This document shows, in pieces, positions 37,842 through 46,061 of a stretch of 64,000 nt of DNA; the stretch's first letter is position 1; every line of letters begins with the position of its first letter. A program made the position numbers and the translations under genes. The stretch spans positions 4,011,571-4,075,570 of the forward strand of contig NZ_OZ257139.1 of the NCBI RefSeq assembly GCF_965279145.1. Reading direction: 5' to 3'. The notes beneath the pieces were generated by a model, which was not told the DNA's origin, ran no database searches, and saw nothing but the letters and a program-made list of their open reading frames with translations. Origin of the DNA: Caulobacter sp. GTDB lineage: Bacteria > Pseudomonadota > Alphaproteobacteria > Caulobacterales > Caulobacteraceae.

Positions 37842-39005
37842 CTAGAAGGACTTGGGCATGCCCAGCACGTGGGTGGCCACGTGGCTGAGGATCAGGTTGG
37901 TCGAGATGGGCGCCACCTGATAGAGGCGGGTCTCGCGGAACTTACGCTCGATGTCGTACTCCTCGGCGAACCCGAACCCGCCATGGGTCTGCAGGCAGGT
38001 GTCACCCGCCGCCCATGAGGCCTCGGAGGCCAGCAGCTTGCCCATATTGGCCTCCGACCCGCAGGGCCGACCCGCGTCGAACAGGGCCGCGGCGCGTTGC
38101 ACCATCAGTTCGGCGGCGGCGATCTGCACATGCGCTCGGGCGATGGGGAACTGCACGCCCTGGTTCTGGCCGATGGGACGCCCGAACACCTCGCGGTCAC
38201 GGGCATAGGCGCTGGCGCGGTCCACGAAGAACTTGCCGTCGCCGATACATTCCGAGGCGATCAGGATTCTCTCCGCGTTCATGCCGTCAAGAATGTAGCG
38301 AAAGCCCTGCCCCTCCACCCCGATCAGGTTCTCGGCGGGAACGCGCAGATTCTCGAAGAAGAGTTCCGTGGTGGCGTGATTGAGCATGGTGCGCACGGGA
38401 CGGATGGTCAGCCCCTGCCCGACGGCTTCCCGAAGATCGACCAGCAGAACGCTCATGCCGTCGCTGGACTTGGCGGCCTGATCGCGCGGGGTGGTGCGGA
38501 CCAGAAGGATCATCAGGTCGGAATGCTCGGCCCGCGAGATCCACAGCTTCTGGCCGTTCACCACATAGGCGTCGCCGTCGAGGCGCGCCGTCGTGGCGAT
38601 GCGGGTCGTGTCGGTTCCCGCCCCAGGCTCCGTGACGCCGAACGCCTGCAGTCGCAGTTCGCCCGTGGCGATCCTGGGCAGGTATTGCGCCTTCTGGGCC
38701 TGGCTTCCATGCTTGAGCAGGGTGCCCATGGTGTACATCTGGGCGTGACAGGCGCCGCCGTTGCAGCCCGAGCGATGCACCTCTTCCAGGATGGCGATCG
38801 CCGCGCCCAGGCCAAGACCCGACCCGCCATAGGCTTCCGGGATCAGCACCGACAGGAAACCCGCTTCGGTCAGGGCCTGCACGAACCGGGTCGGATAGGT
38901 GCGATCCCGGTCAAGAGCCTGCCAGTAGGTTCCAGGAAACTGTGCGCACAGCCTGCGCACCGACTCGCGGATCTCCGGAAAGCTCTCGTCTGTAATGCTG
39001 GACAT
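37842..39005 (-). CDS. Acyl-CoA dehydrogenase
   Basis: FGVTEPGAGTDT, NGQKLWISR, GMNAERILIA, THGGFGFAEEY. Start placed at ATG 39005. Confidence 0.94.
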   Translation of the reverse strand: MSSITDESFPEIRESVRRLCAQFPGTYWQALDRDRTYPTRFVQALTEAGFLSVLIPEAYGGSGLGLGAAIAILEEVHRSGCNGGACHAQMYTMGTLLKHGSQAQKAQYLPRIATGELRLQAFGVTEPGAGTDTTRIATTARLDGDAYVVNGQKLWISRAEHSDLMILLVRTTPRDQAAKSSDGMSVLLVDLREAVGQGLTIRPVRTMLNHATTELFFENLRVPAENLIGVEGQGFRYILDGMNAERILIASECIGDGKFFVDRASAYARDREVFGRPIGQNQGVQFPIARAHVQIAAAELMVQRAAALFDAGRPCGSEANMGKLLASEASWAAGDTCLQTHGGFGFAEEYDIERKFRETRLYQVAPISTNLILSHVATHVLGMPKSF

Positions 39006-39141
39006 GCGGACTCCTCGATGTGGCCAGCCTGCCTCGCCCCCCCGGCCAAGGCGCAAAGCCTTTCGCAGAGCTAATCCAGTGACGTTGGGTCAAAGCAAAC
39101 GGGCGCTGGACGGCGGACGGTAATTTTCGTCGAATAGGCAC

Positions 39142-39963
39142 ATGTCGCCCGAAGATCTTGAAACTTGGCGTCGCCACGTCGGTCGCAGCGAAGTCCGTCG
39201 CCAGGTGCTGGATGTCGAGACGGTGCGTCGTTTCGCGGCGGCCGTCGACTGCGACCTGGATGTCGAGCGACGGCTTCCGCCACTGGCCCACTGGGCCTTC
39301 TTCCTGGACGCTGCCAGGGCGGAGGATCTCGGCCCCGACGGCCACCCCCGGCGGGGAAAAGGACTGCTGCCGCCGGTCAGTCTGCCGCGACGCATGTTCG
39401 CCGCCAGCGCCATGCGTTTCGAGGCGTCGATGACCCTGGGCCTCCCGGCCGAATTGAGGCTCACGATCGCGGCTGTTCAGCACCGGGCGGGCAAGTCGGG
39501 CGATCTGGTGTTCGTCGAGGTCGACCGGGTCCTCACCCAGGACGGTCACGCTTGCGTGACCGAGCGCCAGACCCTCGTCTATCGCGATGCCGGCGACAGC
39601 ACGCCGGCGATCGTCCCGATCGAGACACTCCCGAACGACGGGGGCGAGATGTGGACGCCCGGGCCAGCCGACCTGTTCCGGTTCTCGGCCGTGACCTTCA
39701 ACGCCCATCGCATCCACTACGATCTGCCCTATGCGCGGGACGAGGAAGGCTATCCTGGCCTTGTCGTGCATGGCCCGTTCACGGCCGTGAAGCTAGCCTC
39801 CCTGGCCGCGCGGGAACAGCCGCTTAAGACCTTCTCATTCCGGGCTGTCGCGCCGTTGTTCGCGGATCAACCCGTGCGGCTGTCGCCCGGAAGTGCGCCC
39901 GGCGTCTATGAGGCGATCCGTTGCGATGGCGTGGTCGCCATGTCGGCCAGGGCCGAGACCTAG
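39142..39963 (+). CDS. Double hot-dog hydratase (MaoC/HTD2; mesaconyl-C4-CoA/itaconyl-CoA hydratase-like)
   Basis: LGPDGHP, RRMFAAS, FRFSAVTFNAHRIHYD, LVVHGP. Confidence 0.88.
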   Translation: MSPEDLETWRRHVGRSEVRRQVLDVETVRRFAAAVDCDLDVERRLPPLAHWAFFLDAARAEDLGPDGHPRRGKGLLPPVSLPRRMFAASAMRFEASMTLGLPAELRLTIAAVQHRAGKSGDLVFVEVDRVLTQDGHACVTERQTLVYRDAGDSTPAIVPIETLPNDGGEMWTPGPADLFRFSAVTFNAHRIHYDLPYARDEEGYPGLVVHGPFTAVKLASLAAREQPLKTFSFRAVAPLFADQPVRLSPGSAPGVYEAIRCDGVVAMSARAET

Positions 39964-40595
39964 ATCCGGCGTTCCAGGCCCTGGAGCGTGACCGCGCCGA
40001 TGGCCGTCATCAATCGATCCGCGGTAAGGCCCTCCACGGTCGGCGCCCATTTTGTCAGCCAGATCAGCATGCCCAGCAGCAGTTGCACCACCAGAGCCGC
40101 CTCGCAGCGCACGATCGAGCCGTCCGCCATGCCCTGATTCAGGAGCTGTTCCAGCAGCCCGCTGAGACGAGCGCTCCAGGCGTCCAGATCGTCCCGCTGG
40201 GGTTTCTCAAGATAGGAATAGTCGCCGAAATAGAGCTGCGGCCCGTTTCGGGCGGAGTCATGCAGCAGGTTCTCGAGGAAGCGCCGCAGCTTTGCGGCCC
40301 CGGTCCCGCCCGCATGGTCAGCCTCATCCAGGATCTGCTCGAAGCGTTCGAGGGAGCTGAGGTGGCAGGCATAGACCAGCGCCTGCTTGTTCGGGAAATA
40401 GTAGTAGAGGGCCGCGTCGCGCAGATCTAGCGTCGCCGCGATCTCGGTCATCGTGGCCTGCGCGAAGCTCTTGGCGTTGATGATCTCGATCGCCGCGCGA
40501 AGAATGGCGTCGCGCTTCTTGGCCGACTTGCGGCTGTGCGACAGCGGCTTTTGCCCCTCGACCTGGGCCAGCGCGACAGGGTCTCCGCCCTTCAA
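39960..40595 (-). CDS. TetR family transcriptional regulator
   Basis: ILRAAIEI..TMTEIAATL..ALYYYFPNKQAL HTH. Start uncertain. Confidence 0.9.
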   Translation of the reverse strand: MKGGDPVALAQVEGQKPLSHSRKSAKKRDAILRAAIEIINAKSFAQATMTEIAATLDLRDAALYYYFPNKQALVYACHLSSLERFEQILDEADHAGGTGAAKLRRFLENLLHDSARNGPQLYFGDYSYLEKPQRDDLDAWSARLSGLLEQLLNQGMADGSIVRCEAALVVQLLLGMLIWLTKWAPTVEGLTADRLMTAIGAVTLQGLERRI

Positions 40596-40773
40596 AACAC
40601 CGCGATCCCACTCAAATTTGACAAACCTGTGAAATTATATTGGGCAGTTCCGTAGCGTTAGCAAGGGCTCCGCTAAAAATTCTAACTTGTGTTAAAATAT
40701 CGGAGCCCTACTAAATATTACCCAACCGCGAAGTGTCGAAACAGGCACCGCGAGCTTTGAGGAAACGGCCACC

Positions 40774-43299
40774 ATGCGGAACATCCATTTTCTGAGTGCA
40801 TCTCTTCTCGCGCTGATCGCCTGCGGCCCTGCCCTGGCGCAGGACAAGGCGGCGCAACCCGCTCCCGCCGCATCGACGGCGCTCGACGAGATCATCGTCA
40901 CAGCCACAAAACGCGAGCAGACACTGCAGGACGTTCCGATCTCGGTGTCGGTGACCGGCGCGCTGGCCGTCGAACGGGCCCAGATCCGCGACCTGATCGA
41001 TCTGCAGTCACTGGTGCCCTCGCTGAAGGTTTCCCAGTTCAACTCGGTCGGCCAGACGAACTTCGTCATCCGCGGCTTCGGCAACGGCAACGGCAACGAC
41101 GGCATCGAAAGCTCGGTCGGCGTCTTCATCGATGGCGTCTACCGCTCGCGGTCATCGGCGGCCCTGGACGATCTGCCCGAAGTCGAACGCATCGAAGTCC
41201 TGCGCGGCCCGCAGTCGACCCTATTCGGCAAGAACGTGTCGGCCGGCGCGATCAGCATCGTGACCAAGAAGCCGGAGTTCGAGTTCGGCGGTAAAGCCGA
41301 GGTCAGCCTCGGCAATTTCGGCCTCAAGCAGGTCAAGGGCACGATCACCGGACCGATCAGCGATACGCTGGCCCTCCGCGTCTCGGGCAGCGTGAACAAG
41401 CGCGACGGCTACGCCACCAACGTCATTACGGGCAACGACGTCAATAATCGCGATCGCTGGTCGATGCGCGCAGACGCCCTCTGGCTTCCGAACGACAAGG
41501 CCTCGATCCGCGTGATCGCGGATTACAACAAGATCACCGAGATCTGCTGCGCGGTCGTGTCGCTCCTAAATGGTCCTGCGACCCAGTTCATCGCCGCGCC
41601 CTCTCCGTTCGGCCTGGGCAAGCGCGTCGGCAATCCCGCCAACAAGTTCGACCGCAACGTCTATTTCAACGCCGATCCCAGCAATGCCCTGGTCGGCAAG
41701 GGCGTGTCGGGACAGCTCGACTATGATCTCGGCTTCGGCGCCCTGACCGCGATCACCGCCTATCGCAAGCAGACCAGCGAATCCCTGCAGGACGTCGACT
41801 TCACCGGCGCCGACCTGGCCAACAACGCCCTGGGCAACAACATCAAGACCTTCACCCAGGAACTGCGCCTGGCCTCGAAGAGCGACGGCCCGCTGAACTG
41901 GCTGATCGGCGGCTTCTATCAGAACGAAAAGCTGGCGACGGGCCGGACCATCAGTTTCGGCACCGATATCCGCGCCTATGCCGATGGCCTGAGCGGTCAG
42001 GTTCCGGCGGCCCTGCTGGGCGCCCTGCCCGCAACCCTGCGCCCCGCTCTGACGGGTCGCTCCAACATCTACGCCCTGGAATTCCTGCAAAGCCTCGTCA
42101 CGCCGTCAATCGTTCCGGGTTCGACCTATTTCAAGACCGGACCGGCCATCGACGACTACTATACGATGAAGCAGACGTCCTATTCGCTGTTTGGTCAGGC
42201 CGACTACAAGGTCACCGATCGCCTGACGTTCACCGGCGGTCTGGCCTATCTGAGCGACAAGAAGGACGCAGCATCGAACGTGGTGCTGTACGACGCGTTC
42301 TCGAAACTGAACCTGCAGGCTGTGCCGCAGTTGGCTGCCCTGGGTCTGCCCGGCAACATCTATGGCGCGTTGGGTGGCCTGCAATTCTACTACGGCAACA
42401 CCACCAACCACGGTCCGGTCAACTTCCCGAACGCGACCGAGTCCGGCAAACTGAAGGGCAACAAGGTCACCTACGCGGTTCGTGGCGCCTATGACTTCGG
42501 CCCCGTGAACGCCTATGTCAGCTATTCGACGGGTTGGAAGGCCGGCGCCTTTAACCTGTCGTCGGACAGCCGTCCGCCGAACGCCAACGGCGTGGGCCGC
42601 ACGGCTGCTCCCGAGCTCGTGGACGTTCTGGAAGCTGGCCTGAAGACCAAGTTCCCGGGCGGCTACATGAACCTCGCGGTCTTCGATCAGGCCATCAAGG
42701 GCTTCCAGTCCAACGCCTTTACCGGCCTGGGCTACAGCCTGGTCAACGCCGGTAAGGAGTCGGTGCGCGGTTTCGAAGTCGACAGCGCCTATCGCCCGAC
42801 CTCGTGGCTGGCCCTTACCGGCGCCGTCACCTATCTCGACCCCAAGTACGACTCCTTCGCCGGTGCGGCCTGCGTGAACTACGACACGGTCCGTTGCCCG
42901 GTGAACCCGCTGACCGGTACGCGGCCCAACTTCCGCAACCTGACGGGCGACAAGCCGGCCGGCATCCCGACCTGGAGCGTTTCGACCTCCGCGACCTTCA
43001 CGCACGACTTTGGCAACGGGTACAACGGTTATCTGCGGGCCGAATATGACTATACCAGCGACACTCAGCTGACCGAGACGACCCCGCCGAACCTGTCGAC
43101 CTGGGGCTCCAACAACGTCAACGCCAGCCTCGGCGTCACCAGCGCCGAACACCAGCTGGAAGCGATGCTGTGGGTTCGTAACATCACGAAGGACGATAGC
43201 CTGATATCGACCTTCCCGACCGTGGCCCAGGATGGCAGCTATAGCGGCTATCCGAGCGCGCCACGCACCTACGGCGTGACCCTGCGCAAGACGTTCTGA
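40774..43299 (+). CDS. TonB-dependent outer-membrane receptor
   Basis: Signal peptide, EIIVTATKRE, IEVLRGPQSTLFGKN..GAI, C-terminal PRTYGVTLRKTF. Confidence 0.94.
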   Translation: MRNIHFLSASLLALIACGPALAQDKAAQPAPAASTALDEIIVTATKREQTLQDVPISVSVTGALAVERAQIRDLIDLQSLVPSLKVSQFNSVGQTNFVIRGFGNGNGNDGIESSVGVFIDGVYRSRSSAALDDLPEVERIEVLRGPQSTLFGKNVSAGAISIVTKKPEFEFGGKAEVSLGNFGLKQVKGTITGPISDTLALRVSGSVNKRDGYATNVITGNDVNNRDRWSMRADALWLPNDKASIRVIADYNKITEICCAVVSLLNGPATQFIAAPSPFGLGKRVGNPANKFDRNVYFNADPSNALVGKGVSGQLDYDLGFGALTAITAYRKQTSESLQDVDFTGADLANNALGNNIKTFTQELRLASKSDGPLNWLIGGFYQNEKLATGRTISFGTDIRAYADGLSGQVPAALLGALPATLRPALTGRSNIYALEFLQSLVTPSIVPGSTYFKTGPAIDDYYTMKQTSYSLFGQADYKVTDRLTFTGGLAYLSDKKDAASNVVLYDAFSKLNLQAVPQLAALGLPGNIYGALGGLQFYYGNTTNHGPVNFPNATESGKLKGNKVTYAVRGAYDFGPVNAYVSYSTGWKAGAFNLSSDSRPPNANGVGRTAAPELVDVLEAGLKTKFPGGYMNLAVFDQAIKGFQSNAFTGLGYSLVNAGKESVRGFEVDSAYRPTSWLALTGAVTYLDPKYDSFAGAACVNYDTVRCPVNPLTGTRPNFRNLTGDKPAGIPTWSVSTSATFTHDFGNGYNGYLRAEYDYTSDTQLTETTPPNLSTWGSNNVNASLGVTSAEHQLEAMLWVRNITKDDSLISTFPTVAQDGSYSGYPSAPRTYGVTLRKTF

Positions 43300-43501
43300 T
43301 CCAAAGCGCCGCGACCTGCCCCATCCGGCGGTCGCGGCGTCCTTGCCTCCAGGCGACGGAGCCGGGACAGCTCGGGCCGTCGACAAATCTTGTTCCATGG
43401 CCGATATCCGTCGCGCGCTGGCGAATGCGGCGAAGGGTCCGGACGGTGCGCCGGCGATCTCCTCGGCGCGGCGCGTCTTGAGCTTGGGAGCACGGACACA
43501 G

Positions 43502-44116
43502 ATGAGCGACGTAACGGTCAAGCGCCGAAGCCTGCTGGGCGCCGCCGGATTGTGGGCGGCCAGCCCGCTCTACGCCCAGGCGGCCTCGCCCAAGTCCAGG
43601 GTCGCGATCCAGACGGCTCAAGGCTTGATCATCGTCGAGCTGGAAGTCGACAGGGCGCCGATCACCTCGGCCAACTTCCTGCGCTATGTCGACGCCCACA
43701 AATATGATGGCGGCGCGATCTATCGGGCGTCTCGCAAGCGAGGCGTTCCTGGAGCCGGGTCGATCCAGGGCGGCCCCGCGCCGCGTTTCCGACACTTCGC
43801 GCCGATCGCGCACGAGAGCACGCGGACAACTGGCCTCAAGCACAAGACCGGGACCATTTCGATGGCGCGCAATGCGCCGGGCACCGCCACCTCGGACTTC
43901 TTCATCTGCGCCAGCCCCGCGCCCTTCCTGGACGCTCACCCGGGCGCGCCCGGTGACAATCAGGGCTTCGCGGCCTTCGGGACAGTCGTCCAGGGCCTGG
44001 ACGTGGTGCGCAGGATCCTCGCCCTGCCGACAACGGGTACGGCGCTGACGCCCGGCATGAGAGGCGAGATGCTCAACCCGCCCGTTCAGATCGTCAGCAT
44101 GAAGCGCTCGTCCTGA
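43502..44116 (+). CDS. Cyclophilin-type peptidyl-prolyl isomerase with twin-arginine-like leader
   Basis: APITSANFLRYV, IQGG, GTISMAR, ATSDFFI, GFAAFG; KRRSLLG leader from ATG 43502. Confidence 0.87.
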   Translation: MSDVTVKRRSLLGAAGLWAASPLYAQAASPKSRVAIQTAQGLIIVELEVDRAPITSANFLRYVDAHKYDGGAIYRASRKRGVPGAGSIQGGPAPRFRHFAPIAHESTRTTGLKHKTGTISMARNAPGTATSDFFICASPAPFLDAHPGAPGDNQGFAAFGTVVQGLDVVRRILALPTTGTALTPGMRGEMLNPPVQIVSMKRSS

Positions 44117-44318
44117 CGGGCGCCATCCCACTCGATCATCAACGGCTCGGCCCTGCCCAACACACTATTCCCCGCGTCAAACCCCTAGCCAACCGTTCGG
44201 ATCTCCGGCGGCCCTCGACCCAGCGCACTTTGGCGCCGACAGCGCACTGCCCGCGGCCGTCACGGCCACGCAACAATCACGGACTAGAAGGGCGCCGCAG
44301 CACGCCGCGCCGAGTCCG

Positions 44319-44903
44319 ATGACCGCCTTACGCCCGATAGACCGCTGGTTCATTGACGAGGTGCTGCCACACGAGGCGCGCTTCATGAAGGTCGCTCGAC
44401 GGCTTGAGCGCGATATCGACGCCGCTAACGACCTGGTCCAGGAAGCCTATGTTAGGCTCTACGCGATGGACGGCTGGGCCTCGATCACGAGTCCAAGCCA
44501 CTATGTGCTGCGTATGTTGCGCAACATATCGATCGAGCGGCTGCGCCGTTCCAAGATCATCGCGTTCCAGCGCATTTCCGACATCGACGATTCCAACTTC
44601 GTCGACGACGCCCCCTGTCAGTTTCGCGTCGCCGCGGGCAAGGAACTCGTCGCGCGGATCGGGGACGCCTTGGCCGCGATGCCGGAGCGTTGCAGGACCG
44701 TTCTGGTGCGCCGTCGCTTCGACAACCAACCCCCGCGCGAGATCGCCCGAGAACTGGGCATTAGCCTGTCGACCATGGAAAAGCGCCTGGCGCGCGCCGT
44801 GGTGCTGCTGTCGCGCGCGCTAGGGCCGGAAGGGAGCGGCGCGCTCGTTTTCGACGAACCCGAGGAAGACATCGCCTACAGGGACGACGCGACCAACGGC
44901 TGA
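44319..44903 (+). CDS. FecI-like ECF sigma factor
   Basis: DLVQEAYVRL; MPERCRTVL..EIARELGISLSTMEKRLARA; upstream of a FecR-like gene. Confidence 0.9.
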   Translation: MTALRPIDRWFIDEVLPHEARFMKVARRLERDIDAANDLVQEAYVRLYAMDGWASITSPSHYVLRMLRNISIERLRRSKIIAFQRISDIDDSNFVDDAPCQFRVAAGKELVARIGDALAAMPERCRTVLVRRRFDNQPPREIARELGISLSTMEKRLARAVVLLSRALGPEGSGALVFDEPEEDIAYRDDATNG

Positions 44904-44979
44904 AGTCGCACAAATATTTCTCCGTCGCTTGGCGGCTCTTTCCACCTGAAGCATCTTATCTCTTGAACGCCCTCCGCGT

Positions 44980-46002
44980 TTGGTTTCGGGGAGACGTCCC
45001 ATATCTTCGCAAGGCGCATTTCACCAAGATCCAATTGCCGACGAGGCCGCCCAATGGCTCGCGCGGCACGATCTGGGAACTGCAGATTCCGTCCAATTCG
45101 AACAGTGGCGCGCCCGCGATCCAAGGCACGCCATAGCTTTCGCGCGCGCCTCGGCCGCTTGGGAGCGAGTGCGGTCGTGCCAGGACTTCGCGGATGTGGC
45201 GGGACGGCCCGAAGGCGGGCGAAGAGCAGCCGATGAGGCCGTGGCGCCTTCCCGGCGAGGGCTTCTACGCGCGGCGGTCGCCAGCGGCGCGGTCCTGGCG
45301 GTGGGCGGCGGTCTGATCGGCTCGCGAGCCTACGCCTGGAGCGCCGCCAAGACCGATGTGGGCGAGACCAGACTTCTGCGGCTGCCGGACGGCAGCGAGC
45401 TCATTCTCAACACCGACAGCGCCGTCGCCTGGAAGTTCGACCGGGAAACCCGCGCCGTTCGGCTCAAGCGCGGCGAGGTCGCGCTGAACGTCCGTCCCGG
45501 AGCGACCAAGCTTGCGTTGATCAGCGAGGGATTGACCGCCGATCTGTCGGAGGGACGTTTCAACGCGCGGCTGAAAGCCGGAACCCTGAACGTCACGGTC
45601 CTGAGCGGCGTGGCTCAACCGGGTAGCACTTCTGATCCGTCATCCTTGCGTGATGCGGCCGCCAAGGACCAGACCCTGTTGCTGACCGATACGGCGGCGA
45701 GCGTCCGTCCCGTATCAAGCCAGCAGGTCGCCGCGACCCTGGCCTGGCAGGACGGCGAAATCCTGTTCCAGGACGAGCCTCTGACCTCGGCCGTTGAGGA
45801 GTACAACCGCTACCTGTCGGCCAAGATTGTCATCATGGATACAAGCTTGGGCGGTATCCGGGTGGGGGGGCGCTTCACCACGACCAACCCCGCGAGCTTC
45901 CTGGAAGCCTTACGGGAAATCCTGGATATCGATGTACAGACCACGAACGAAAACTATCTTCTGACTAGAAAAAATAATTCCCAAATTTGGCGGCAACTAT
46001 AA
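44980..46002 (+). CDS. FecR family anti-sigma/transducer
   Basis: EAAQWLAR..FEQWRARDPRH, TM, LPDGSELILNTDS, AWQDGEILF, RVGGRF. Start uncertain. Confidence 0.92.
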   Translation: MVSGRRPISSQGAFHQDPIADEAAQWLARHDLGTADSVQFEQWRARDPRHAIAFARASAAWERVRSCQDFADVAGRPEGGRRAADEAVAPSRRGLLRAAVASGAVLAVGGGLIGSRAYAWSAAKTDVGETRLLRLPDGSELILNTDSAVAWKFDRETRAVRLKRGEVALNVRPGATKLALISEGLTADLSEGRFNARLKAGTLNVTVLSGVAQPGSTSDPSSLRDAAAKDQTLLLTDTAASVRPVSSQQVAATLAWQDGEILFQDEPLTSAVEEYNRYLSAKIVIMDTSLGGIRVGGRFTTTNPASFLEALREILDIDVQTTNENYLLTRKNNSQIWRQL

Positions 46003-46061
46003 CGCCAACCGTCTCCCCAATGAGAGCCGATTTTCTTGATCGGAAAAACATTGGGGGTTCC

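Noticed and set aside
40618-40641. TTGACA ... TATATT as a sigma70 promoter
   Set aside because: Spacer is only 12 nt.
42106-44131. - strand ORFs of 471 aa and 315 aa across the TonB receptor and cyclophilin
   Set aside because: Shadow frames.
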